A stretch of DNA of 49,726 bases from Spirochaetaceae bacterium UBA1318 (GCA_002307015.1 DBTK01000115.1:675-50400), one strand, 5' to 3'; shown: positions 26,944-35,880, counted from the first letter of the stretch. Translations and numbers: made by a program. Notes: generated by a model from the letters alone, not told the origin.

Positions 26944-28367
26944 GCGGCTCCCTTTCCTGGATAGACGATTTTTTCGGGGCGATCGCCCCCTACGTGTTCT
27001 GGAGGAAGGAGGACGCCGTCCTCATCCTGCCGCCGAACCGGGTCTACAAGGCGAACACGACCGGGGCGGCCCTCATCGAGCACCTGAAGCGCGGCAACCG
27101 GGTGGAAAGCTTCCCCGGCCTCGTCGGTCCCGGAAGAAGGGCCGACGTCGAGGACTTTTTCCTGACCCTGAAGGCCGTCTACGAGGAGACGAACGGTGGC
27201 GACCGGCGGCCGGACGTCGTTCCCTACGATTTCGACTTCACGAGGCTTCCCGTTCTCGGCGAGATCGCGGTCACCTACCGCTGCAACAACTTCTGCCGCT
27301 TCTGCTACGCCGGGGCCGATTTCATCCCGGCGCCCGATGCCCGCGGGAGACGCCTCTCAGGAGCCGCCGCGAGGGTTTCCCGTCCCGAGGCCGCCGCTTC
27401 CCAGACTGGCCCCGCATTGGCGTCCGGCGGCGAGATGACCCTCGCCGAGGCCAAGCGGATCATCCTCGCCTTCAGGGAGAGGGCGAAGGTCCCCTTCTTT
27501 TCCTTCACCGGGGGGGAGCCCCTCATGCGGAAGGATCTCGAGGCCATGATCCGCTACGCCGTCCGCCTCGGGCTCAGGGTCAACCTGATCACGAACGGCA
27601 CCCTGGCGACCCCCGAACGCGCCCGGTCCCTCTACCGCTCGGGATTGAGGACCGCCCAGGTGAGCCTCGAGAGCCCCGACCCCGAAACCCATGATGCCCT
27701 CACCCAGGTCACGGGCGCCTGGGAGAGGACGATGGCCGGCATCGCCGCCCTGAGGGCTGCGGGCCTCTCGGTCCAGACCAACACGACCATAACCGCCGAG
27801 AATCTCGGGAAGGCCGCCGCCATGCCCGATTTCCTCGCCTCGATCGGCATCGAGCGGTTTTCCATGAACCTCTTCATTCCGACGGGCCGGGGCGGGACGG
27901 CGGACGGGCTGTTCGTTCCCTATGCGAAAATCGGGCCGGTCGTCGACTCGGTGAGGAAGGCAGCCTTCGCCCGGAACCTCACCTTCTACTGGTACAGCCC
28001 GACGCCCCACTGCCTGTTCAACCCGATCGCCCGGGGCATGGGGAACAAGTCCTGCGCCGCCGTCGACGGCCTCGTCTCGGTCAATCCCCGTGGGGAAATC
28101 CTGCCCTGCTCCTCCTGGAACGAACCCCTGGGGAGCCTCCTTACGGGGGATTTCGACGAGATCTGGTTTTCCGAGCGGGCCCTGCATTTCAAGCACAAGG
28201 AAAAGGCCCCGGCGCTTTGCGCCGGCTGTTCGCGGTTCGTCGCCTGCCAGGGAGCCTGTCCCCTCTACTGGAGGTGGGCGGGGGAGGGTGAACTCGCTTC
28301 CGCCGCCGGAGGGCCAGGCTGCGAGGCGGCGCGACCGCAGGCCGAGGCCGTTCCGGCGGTGAGCTGA
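26940..28367 (+). CDS. Radical SAM/SPASM domain protein with an N-terminal RRE/PqqD-like domain
   Basis: TTG start overlapping the upstream stop (TTGA). CNNFCRFC, FTGGEPL, LITNG, QVSLE. SPASM-type C-x12-G-x4-C ... CAGC-x5-C-x3-C. Confidence 0.9.
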   Translation: MSGSLSWIDDFFGAIAPYVFWRKEDAVLILPPNRVYKANTTGAALIEHLKRGNRVESFPGLVGPGRRADVEDFFLTLKAVYEETNGGDRRPDVVPYDFDFTRLPVLGEIAVTYRCNNFCRFCYAGADFIPAPDARGRRLSGAAARVSRPEAAASQTGPALASGGEMTLAEAKRIILAFRERAKVPFFSFTGGEPLMRKDLEAMIRYAVRLGLRVNLITNGTLATPERARSLYRSGLRTAQVSLESPDPETHDALTQVTGAWERTMAGIAALRAAGLSVQTNTTITAENLGKAAAMPDFLASIGIERFSMNLFIPTGRGGTADGLFVPYAKIGPVVDSVRKAAFARNLTFYWYSPTPHCLFNPIARGMGNKSCAAVDGLVSVNPRGEILPCSSWNEPLGSLLTGDFDEIWFSERALHFKHKEKAPALCAGCSRFVACQGACPLYWRWAGEGELASAAGGPGCEAARPQAEAVPAVS

Positions 28368-28399
28368 ATGCCGCAAGCGACCGATTCCAGGAGGATGCC

Positions 28400-29278
28400 A
28401 TGACCATGTCCTATCTCGTCAAGGGAATCGCCTTTCCGACCCGCCTCGCCGCCTTTCTCGTCCTCGAAGGCGCAGGCACCGTCCTGCTTTTCCTCAACCC
28501 CCCGTGGCTGGCCCTTCCCGGCGCCCTCCTCTGCCTCGCCGGTTCCGCTCTCATGCTCGCGAAGGGCTATTCGACGAAACCCCGTGAGCTCGGGGTGGAG
28601 GAGTGGCTCCCCGTCGACGACGGCGAGATCACGAGGATGGTGGAGACGGAACGGGCCATACGGACCGTGAAGCGCCCCCTCTACGCGAAAACCGGGGTCC
28701 GAGTCCTCGTCGCCCTCGTTCTCATCGTCGCCTTTTTCATGACCGCCGGTTCGAGGTCGTCCCGCAACCTCTGGTTCGTTTCCCTCGCCTCCCTCGTACC
28801 CTATTTCTTCTCGGGGGGATTCAGGGTCTGGCGGCCGGCCACGCTTGGCATGAAGCTCGAGACCTTCAGGCCCTTCATGGAAAGCCCGGTCCCACCGGGC
28901 CTCGTGAGGACACCCTACCTCAGGCTCGACAAGACCCCGGAGGGACGGAGAATTCCCGAGGACATGCGCATGACGGTCGAACCCAAACGGAAGCCGACGG
29001 ATTTCGAGGCGGCCCAGTTCCAGGTCGCCATCAACGACGGCCCCAACGGCAAGGTTCCCTACCTCTATGCGGTCTTCCTCTGCAAGGGCGAGGGGCCGAC
29101 CTACCGGGCCCTCGCGAATCGGTCGGAGTTTCCCGGCTACGTGGTGGAGGCTGAGGCCTCGAAGGATTACTCGACCGTCGTCGTCAGGCAGGAGACGGGG
29201 GGAACGGGATATCACACCACCTACAAGGACTGCGAGAGGCTCTATCGGGCCGTGTCCGGCCGGCTCCTGGCGATGTAG
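28400..29278 (+). CDS. Hypothetical membrane protein (about 4 TM helices plus a soluble C-terminal domain), last gene of the cassette
   Basis: AGGAGG RBS, two hydrophobic hairpins, and location 32 bp downstream of the radical SAM gene. Confidence 0.8.
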   Translation: MTMSYLVKGIAFPTRLAAFLVLEGAGTVLLFLNPPWLALPGALLCLAGSALMLAKGYSTKPRELGVEEWLPVDDGEITRMVETERAIRTVKRPLYAKTGVRVLVALVLIVAFFMTAGSRSSRNLWFVSLASLVPYFFSGGFRVWRPATLGMKLETFRPFMESPVPPGLVRTPYLRLDKTPEGRRIPEDMRMTVEPKRKPTDFEAAQFQVAINDGPNGKVPYLYAVFLCKGEGPTYRALANRSEFPGYVVEAEASKDYSTVVVRQETGGTGYHTTYKDCERLYRAVSGRLLAM

Positions 29279-29374
29279 TCCGCCTTTTCCGCGTCCCACG
29301 ATCACGTCCCCGCGTTTGTCCCCTACGGCCGTCCATGCGTCGCCGTCCTCGACAAGGGGCGCCGATACATTTCC

Positions 29375-29403
29375 TTGCGTTTAGTCCGAAGGGGTGGTAT
29401 GAT
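29375..29403 (+). promoter_or_regulatory. sigma70-type promoter of the DRTGG operon
   Basis: TTGCGT-17 bp-TATGAT with a TG extension. Confidence 0.55.
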
Positions 29404-29419
29404 GGCCCGGGGGATAAGC

Positions 29420-29779
29420 ATGAAGCTTGGTGATATCGCGGTAACCCTCGATGCGCGCTACCTGTCCGGCGATGAAATTCCCGACATCGATATCTGTTCC
29501 GCCTGCGGTGCCGATCTCATGAGCGACGTCATGGCCTTCGTGAAGGAAAGGGTCGTTCTCATGACGGGGCTCATCAATCCCCAGGTGATCAGGACGGCCG
29601 GCCTCATGGACATCAGGGCCATCGTCTTCGTCCGCGGCAAGGCGCCCACGGAAGAGATGATCGCGATGGCGGAAGACCAGGGGATAGCCCTCATGAGCAC
29701 GCGCAATTCGATGTTCATCGCGTGCGGCAAACTCTACGAGGCCGGACTCCGCGGGTCCGGGATCCGCGAGATCGAATGA
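29420..29779 (+). CDS. DRTGG domain protein
   Basis: ACGADLMSDVM, LMTGL.NPQVIRTA, IVFVRGK, MFIACGKLYEAGL. Confidence 0.88.
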   Translation: MKLGDIAVTLDARYLSGDEIPDIDICSACGADLMSDVMAFVKERVVLMTGLINPQVIRTAGLMDIRAIVFVRGKAPTEEMIAMAEDQGIALMSTRNSMFIACGKLYEAGLRGSGIREIE

Positions 29780-29798
29780 ACCCTCAGGTGGGCGGATC

Positions 29799-30227
29799 GT
29801 GAAGTTCCATTACGACGTACCGGGGAACGATTTTTCCCTCGCCGGACACGCCTCCACCGAAATCAAAAAGGTTCTCGTCAAGCTCGCCCTCAATCCCGAC
29901 GTCATACGCCGGACGGCGATAGCCATGTACGAGGCCGAGATCAACATGGTGATCCACGCGGGCGGGGGGGCGGCCGACGTCGAAGTCGGGCCGGAACGCA
30001 TCGAGATCGTGATGTCCGATCACGGTCCCGGCATCGAGGACCTTTCCCTCGCGATGACCGAAGGCTTCTCGACCGCGCCCGAGAGCGTTCGCGAACTCGG
30101 TTTCGGCGCGGGTATGGGTTTGCCCAACATGAAACGCAACAGCGACTTCCTGAAGGTCGATTCGACCGTCGGCGTCGGCACGACGGTCACGATGCGGATC
30201 GAGGTCGGCGGAGGTTCACGTGCCTGA
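29799..30227 (+). CDS. Anti-sigma factor / RsbT-like Ser/Thr kinase (HATPase_c)
   Basis: YEAEINMVIHAGGG, DHGPGI, GFST, GFGAGMGLPN, GVGTTV. Confidence 0.9.
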   Translation: MKFHYDVPGNDFSLAGHASTEIKKVLVKLALNPDVIRRTAIAMYEAEINMVIHAGGGAADVEVGPERIEIVMSDHGPGIEDLSLAMTEGFSTAPESVRELGFGAGMGLPNMKRNSDFLKVDSTVGVGTTVTMRIEVGGGSRA

Positions 30228-31509
30228 GTACTTCCATTCCGTCAGGCTCGACGAGGAAAAATGCAAGGGTTGCACCAACTGCATCCGGTTCTGCCCCACC
30301 GAGGCGATCCGGGTCCGGAAGGGGAAGGCCGGCATCATCACCGACCGGTGCATCGATTGCGGAGTCTGCGTACGCATCTGTCCCCACCACGCGAAACAGG
30401 CGGTCTCCGATCCGCTTTCGATGATCTCGGGGTTCGACTATCCGGTCGCCATTCCCGCTCCGAGCCTCTACGGCCAGTTTCCGGAGAACATCGGCATCAA
30501 CCGCATCCTGACCGCCCTCAAGCGCCTGGGGTTCCGCGAGGTGATCGAAGCCGCCCAGGCGGCCGAGCTCCTTTCCGTCGCGACGACCGAGCTCCTGAAG
30601 CGTCCTGGCACGCCCCGGCCCCTGATCTCGTCCTCATGCCCGGCCGTCGTCAGGCTCATCCAGATCCGGTTTCCCAGCCTCATCGACAACATCGCCCGGC
30701 TCCTTTCCCCGATGGAGGTCGCCGCGCGAATGGCGAGAAAGCGCGCCCCCGAGGGGGCGAACGTCGGCGTCTTCTTCATCAGCCCCTGCGCGGCCAAGGT
30801 GACCGCGATCCGTTCCCCCCTGGGCCACGAGCTTTCCTCGGTGGACGGCGTCATCGCGATCAAGGACGTCTACCTTCCCCTTCTCGCCGAGATCGGCAAG
30901 ATCGACAGGGAGGAGCAGCTTTCCGGCGCCGGATGGCGGGGCATAGGCTGGGCCTGCGTCGAGGGTGAGGGAAACGCCGTCGGGTCGGGAACCAGGATCT
31001 CCGTGGACGGGGTCGATCATGTCATCGACGTCCTCGACGCGGTGGAGAACGGCAAGCTCAAGGACGTCGACTTCATCGAGGCGATGGCCTGTCCTGGCGG
31101 CTGTATCGGCGGGCCCCTCGCCGTCGAGAATCCCTATGTCGCGAAAACCCGGGTCAGGGCGAGGGGAAGGGCCGATTCCCGTGAGATGTCGGCCGATACC
31201 CTCAGGGAGAAGTTCAACGTCGACCTTTCCTGGACCTCGGACGTGTTCTCAAAGCCGGCATTCATGCTGGATTCCGACTACCTCAAGGCGATGATCATGA
31301 TGGAGGAGCTCGAGACCATCAACGAGTCCCTTCCCGGCCTCGACTGCGGATCCTGCGGAGCCCCAACCTGCCGTGCCCTCGCCGAGGACATCGTTCGGGG
31401 CAACGCCTCCCTCACCGACTGCACCTTCAAGCTTCGCGAGAACATCAGGAAGCTCACCGAAGAGATGATGAAGCTCGAGGACATCAAGCCGCCCGGACTC
31501 GATAAATAG
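30220..31509 (+). CDS. [FeFe]-hydrogenase-like protein, putatively sensory (N-terminal 2x[4Fe-4S], H-cluster domain, C-terminal FeS domain)
   Basis: CKGCTNCIRFCP and CIDCGVCVRICP; ISSSCP, ISPCAAK, EAMACPGGCIGG; LPGLDCGSCG..C. Confidence 0.88.
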   Translation: MPEYFHSVRLDEEKCKGCTNCIRFCPTEAIRVRKGKAGIITDRCIDCGVCVRICPHHAKQAVSDPLSMISGFDYPVAIPAPSLYGQFPENIGINRILTALKRLGFREVIEAAQAAELLSVATTELLKRPGTPRPLISSSCPAVVRLIQIRFPSLIDNIARLLSPMEVAARMARKRAPEGANVGVFFISPCAAKVTAIRSPLGHELSSVDGVIAIKDVYLPLLAEIGKIDREEQLSGAGWRGIGWACVEGEGNAVGSGTRISVDGVDHVIDVLDAVENGKLKDVDFIEAMACPGGCIGGPLAVENPYVAKTRVRARGRADSREMSADTLREKFNVDLSWTSDVFSKPAFMLDSDYLKAMIMMEELETINESLPGLDCGSCGAPTCRALAEDIVRGNASLTDCTFKLRENIRKLTEEMMKLEDIKPPGLDK

Positions 31510-31586
31510 CCCGCAAGATCCTTGCCGGCGTCGACCGATTCGCTCCCAGCCTTCCCATGGACTATACTTGAGGGGGAGGTATCGAT

Positions 31587-32246
31587 ATGTCGGTAATCAC
31601 GATTTCTCGGGAGTCCGGCAGCGAAGGACGGTACATAGCTGAAACGGTAGCCAAGACCCTCGGCTACCATTTTGCCGACAAGAAGACCATCGGCAAATTG
31701 CTCGAGCAGTACGGTTTCATCGAATTCGGGGAGAAGTACGATGCCGCGATCGGATTCTGGGGGCGCTACGACAACCAGATGACCGAAATGGTTTCCATGC
31801 TCAACCAGGTGAGCATGGCTCTGGCCAACCACGGGAACACCGTGATCCTCGGCCGGGGATGCTTCGCCGTTCTCCAGGGCTACGTCGACGTGCTGAACAT
31901 CCGCATCCAGGCGCCTTTCCGTCTCCGGGTCGAGAGGATTCTGCGGGAGCAGAAGGAGCCGAACACCCAGGCCGCCGAGCTGAGCGTCCAGGCAAGCGAT
32001 CGGGCGAGAAAGGGCTTCGTGGAGTCCTTCTACGGGGTTCGCTGGGATTCCTCGTCCCCCTTCGACCTGGTGATCGACACGGGAAAGATAGGGCGAGACG
32101 CCGCCGTCTCGTGGATTGTCGATGCCGCGAAGGGAATTCCTTCGCGGATCACGGACCAGGACAGGACGGCGCGCGGCATTTCAGCTGACAGTACCCTCGT
32201 GGCGGCGGTCAACGAGGTTCTGGCCTGTCCCGGCCTTCACGCCTGA
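31587..32246 (+). CDS. Cytidylate kinase-like family protein
   Basis: VITISRESGSEG..IA..VA..LG, VILGRG, DRAR..F, FDLVIDT. Confidence 0.85.
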   Translation: MSVITISRESGSEGRYIAETVAKTLGYHFADKKTIGKLLEQYGFIEFGEKYDAAIGFWGRYDNQMTEMVSMLNQVSMALANHGNTVILGRGCFAVLQGYVDVLNIRIQAPFRLRVERILREQKEPNTQAAELSVQASDRARKGFVESFYGVRWDSSSPFDLVIDTGKIGRDAAVSWIVDAAKGIPSRITDQDRTARGISADSTLVAAVNEVLACPGLHA

Positions 32247-32415
32247 CCGGATAGCGTAGGCTTCATACACTCGCAAGCTGTCCCCGTGTTGCCTTTTCGT
32301 TCCCTTTCATGGTAGCTTAACCTGCCCCGCGCGATGCGCGGGGTATTTTATTGGAGCCCTCATGGGGCGGCCCCGTAAGTGGCCGTCCCATGAGGGCCAG
32401 GACAGGCGGAAGGAT

Positions 32416-33348
32416 ATGAAGACCATTCTGCTGGCATTGGGCGGCAATGCCCTCATCGGTGAAGGCCAGCGCGGGACTGTCGGGGAAGAGCATGAAAACG
32501 CCCGAAACAGCATGGAGGCGATCGCGGATCTTGTGGCTGCGGGCAACCGTCTCGTCATCACCCACGGGAACGGGCCCCAGGCAGGCGCCTACCTGATACG
32601 GTCCGAACGGGCCGCCGCCTTCGTTCCGCCCCTCCCGCTCAACTCGATCGTCGCCGCGACCCAGGGGGATATCGGCTCCATACTTTCCCTCGAGCTCATG
32701 AACGCGCTTTCCCGCAGGGGCATCGTCAAGGGGGTCGCCGTCCTCCTCACCCAGATCGTCGTCGATCCGGCCGACCCCTCCATGTCCAACCCCTGCAAAT
32801 TCGTCGGGCCTTTTTTCCAGGAAGCCGAGGTGGCGAAGCTTCGCGAACGGGGCTGGATCGTCAAGGAGGATGCGGGAAGGGGATACCGGCGCGTCGTTCC
32901 CTCGCCCCTTCCCCTCGACATCGTTGAGAAGAAGGTGATTGCCTCGCTTCTGGAGGCCGGGAACGTCGTCATCGCCGCGGGAGGCGGGGGGATACCGGTA
33001 CGCAGGGAAGGGGGAGAGCTCTCGGGGGTCGATGCCGTGATCGACAAGGATAGGGCGAGCGCCCTGCTCGCCACCCTCATCGGCGCCGACGAGCTCGTCA
33101 TCCTGACCGGGGTGGAGCGCGTGATGGTGAACTACCGGAAGCCGGGAGAGAGGGCCCTCGACAGCCTGACGGTCGCCGAGGCGAAGGCCTACCTTGCCGA
33201 GGGCCAGTTCCCGGGTGGATCGATGGGACCCAAGATCGAGGCGGCCATCGATTACCTGGAAAAGGGCGGCGGACGGGTCGTCATCACCTCGATCGACTCG
33301 TGCGCCGCGGCCCTCGAGGGTCACGCCGGAACGACGATGACCCGATGA
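32416..33348 (+). CDS. arcC: Carbamate kinase
   Basis: LALGGNAL, THGNGPQ, KFVGP, GYRRVVPSP, GGGGIPV, AVIDKD, GSMGPK. ATG 32416 follows AAGGA. Confidence 0.95.
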   Translation: MKTILLALGGNALIGEGQRGTVGEEHENARNSMEAIADLVAAGNRLVITHGNGPQAGAYLIRSERAAAFVPPLPLNSIVAATQGDIGSILSLELMNALSRRGIVKGVAVLLTQIVVDPADPSMSNPCKFVGPFFQEAEVAKLRERGWIVKEDAGRGYRRVVPSPLPLDIVEKKVIASLLEAGNVVIAAGGGGIPVRREGGELSGVDAVIDKDRASALLATLIGADELVILTGVERVMVNYRKPGERALDSLTVAEAKAYLAEGQFPGGSMGPKIEAAIDYLEKGGGRVVITSIDSCAAALEGHAGTTMTR

Positions 33349-33357
33349 GCCGTTTCC

Positions 33358-34215
33358 TCAGCCGTTCAGTTTTCCGTCCAGGTCGGCCTGGATCTCGTCA
33401 GGCGACGGGGTGGCGTCGACCTCGAGCAGCTTGTCCCTTCCCCGGTAGTAGGCGATCAGGGGTTCGGTCTGGTCGCGGTAGACCTTGAGCCGGAAGGTGA
33501 TGGCCTCGATCTTGTCATCGTCGCGGGTGAAGAGCTCGCCGCCGCAGGCATCGCAGATGCCGGGCTTTTTCGGCGCCATGAACTTGATGTGGTAGTTCTT
33601 TCCGCAGCCCTTGCAGACCCTCCGGCCGGAAAGGCGTTCGACGACGGCCTCGTTCGAGATGACGAAATCGACGGCGGTATCGACCGGGGCGAACTCCTCG
33701 AGGGCCTCGGCCTGGGGAATGGTGCGCGGAAATCCGTCCAGGATGAAGCCCGCCTTCGCGTCGGCCTGGGAGAGCCGGTCCCGAACGAGGGCGATCGTGA
33801 GCTCATCGGGGACGAGGGCGCCGGAGGCGAGGATTCCCTTCACCTTTTTGCCGAGCTCGGTCTCGTTCTTGATCGCCGTGCGGAAGATATCCCCGGTGGA
33901 GATGTGCGGAACCCCGTACCGTTCCTTCGCCACGCTCGCGAGCGTACCCTTTCCCGCGCCGGGCGGGCCCAGAAAAATGAGTTTCATCGAATCGCTCCTT
34001 TCGCTGCGCCGATATTCGGCGTACAGCTCCACGATCCGTTCCTTGGACTCCTCGGGTGCCATGACGTATCCCCATCCGAGTTCCATCTGGAATATCCCGT
34101 CCAGGGCGGTATCGTGATTTGATTTGATATGGTGGGGAATCCCTTCCTGTTCCAGGATGTTCCCGAAACGTTGAGCCTCGAAATCGTTCCGAAGATCGAC
34201 GGTCCGTACGTACAT
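33358..34215 (-). CDS. adk: Adenylate kinase (zinc-lid type), in frame with an N-terminal 76-aa DUF2007-like domain; internal start at 33987
   Basis: GPPGAGKGT, HISTGD, GFILDGFPRT, lid CKGC...CDAC, RDDD. No stop codon between the upstream domain and adk. Confidence 0.9.
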   Translation of the reverse strand: MYVRTVDLRNDFEAQRFGNILEQEGIPHHIKSNHDTALDGIFQMELGWGYVMAPEESKERIVELYAEYRRSERSDSMKLIFLGPPGAGKGTLASVAKERYGVPHISTGDIFRTAIKNETELGKKVKGILASGALVPDELTIALVRDRLSQADAKAGFILDGFPRTIPQAEALEEFAPVDTAVDFVISNEAVVERLSGRRVCKGCGKNYHIKFMAPKKPGICDACGGELFTRDDDKIEAITFRLKVYRDQTEPLIAYYRGRDKLLEVDATPSPDEIQADLDGKLNG

Positions 34216-34224
34216 GTCAGCCTC

Positions 34225-35880
34225 CTAGTACTTGAAATCGCTGTCGCCGATGAACTCCCGCACGATCGACTGGTTGGGCACGTAGGATGACGGGATCGGG
34301 GCGAAGTTCTCCAGGAAGGAGAGGAGTCTCGATGCCTCGGCGTACTCGGGGTCGAAGGGCTTGACCGTCTTGAGCAGGGGCTCGGCGTAGATCTTGAGGA
34401 TGGAAAGCTCGTAGTCGAGGGCCGAATTGAACGCCACGTCCGCCGAGTTCTGGAACGGGAAGATGTGCATCCTCTCCCCCCGCTGGACGCTCGGCCACAT
34501 GGCCAGGGTATCCTTCGCGCCGTGACCCCTGAACTGGTAGTCCCGGACCATGCGGCGCAGGAGCCTGTTGTCCGTCGTCGGGATGCGGTTGTGGTCGTCC
34601 AGGTTCAGCTGGGTGAGGGCGGAAACGTAGATCTTGAACTTGAGCTCGCGGTCCACCTTCGGGGTCAGGGCGTCGTTCAGCCCATGGATGCCCTCGATGA
34701 CGAGGACCGACCGTTCCCCCATGGAGATCCTCTTGCCGCTCGGCTTGCGAGTGGCGGTCTTGAAGTCGAAGGAGGGAAGCTCGATCTCCTCTCCCGCGAA
34801 GAGGGCGAGGAGGTTCGCGTTCAGGAGCTCGACGTCCAGGGCCTCGAGGGCCTCGAAGTCGTAGGCGCCGGTTTCGTCGCGGGGGGTATGCTCGCGGTCG
34901 ACGAAGTAGTCGTCCAGGCTGATATTGATCGGCTCGCGGCCGAAAACCTTCAATTGAAGGGCGAGCTTCTTAGAGAAAGTCGTCTTGCCCGAACTGGAGG
35001 GGCCTGCGATCAGGATGACCTTCACCGTATCGCGGGCCTGGGCCACCCTGTCGGCTATCTCGCTCACCTTCTTCGCCTGGAGGGCTTCGGCGATCTGGAT
35101 GAAATCCTTCGCCTTCTTGCCCGCCGTCGCCTCGTTGAGCTGGCCGACGGAGGAGGCTCGGAGGACCTTCCCCCATCGCTTGTATTCCGAATAGACGGAA
35201 AAGAGGAGGGGCTCGTCGGTGAAGGCCGGGATGGTCTCAGGCTCGCCGATGGCCGGAAACCGCAGCAGGAAGCCGTCCCGATAGGGCTTCAGCTCGAACC
35301 TGGTGAGGATGCCGGTTCGCGGAACGAGCGGTCCGATGGAGAGATCGACGAAACCGCGGCACTCGTTGACCGGGACCTTGGCGTCGTTCCGGTAGCGGAG
35401 GAGGAGGGCGGTATCGGGCTGATGGTTCTTCGTGAACTGCTCCAGGGCCTCCGCGTAGGCCATGTACCGGCAGAGGATGGGCAGGTCCTGCTTCACGAGG
35501 GAGTTCATGCCATTGGAGAGTGTGGTGATCTCCCGTGTGCCCACGAAGGCGTCGTCGTCGAAGGTGTAGTAGTAGCCGCTTCCGAGGGAATGGCCGACGA
35601 CCAGCCGCCGTTCGGGGAAGGCCTCGCGGACGGCGATCGCGAGCAGGTAGCAGAGCGACCTGCGGTAGACCAGGGCGCCGCCGGGGGATTCTATGGTCAC
35701 CGGCTCGAGCCGGGCGTTCATCTCGATGCGCGAATAGACCGAGCAGATTTCATTGTTCAGAAGGACGGCCGCGAGGGGATGGGCGAACGGCTTCAGCTTA
35801 TCGACGACTTCGATCACGCGGGAACCGTAGGGTACCGAGGCGGAACCGCCCGATGGAAAACTGAGGGTTACTTCTTTCAT
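34225..35880 (-). CDS. Uridine/nucleoside kinase with an N-terminal ThrRS-like (TGS) region
   Basis: IAGPSSSGKTT, ISLDDYF, IEGIHGLN, RLLRRMVRD. N-terminal VYRRSL..LL and HSLGSGYY. Confidence 0.9.
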   Translation of the reverse strand: MKEVTLSFPSGGSASVPYGSRVIEVVDKLKPFAHPLAAVLLNNEICSVYSRIEMNARLEPVTIESPGGALVYRRSLCYLLAIAVREAFPERRLVVGHSLGSGYYYTFDDDAFVGTREITTLSNGMNSLVKQDLPILCRYMAYAEALEQFTKNHQPDTALLLRYRNDAKVPVNECRGFVDLSIGPLVPRTGILTRFELKPYRDGFLLRFPAIGEPETIPAFTDEPLLFSVYSEYKRWGKVLRASSVGQLNEATAGKKAKDFIQIAEALQAKKVSEIADRVAQARDTVKVILIAGPSSSGKTTFSKKLALQLKVFGREPINISLDDYFVDREHTPRDETGAYDFEALEALDVELLNANLLALFAGEEIELPSFDFKTATRKPSGKRISMGERSVLVIEGIHGLNDALTPKVDRELKFKIYVSALTQLNLDDHNRIPTTDNRLLRRMVRDYQFRGHGAKDTLAMWPSVQRGERMHIFPFQNSADVAFNSALDYELSILKIYAEPLLKTVKPFDPEYAEASRLLSFLENFAPIPSSYVPNQSIVREFIGDSDFKY

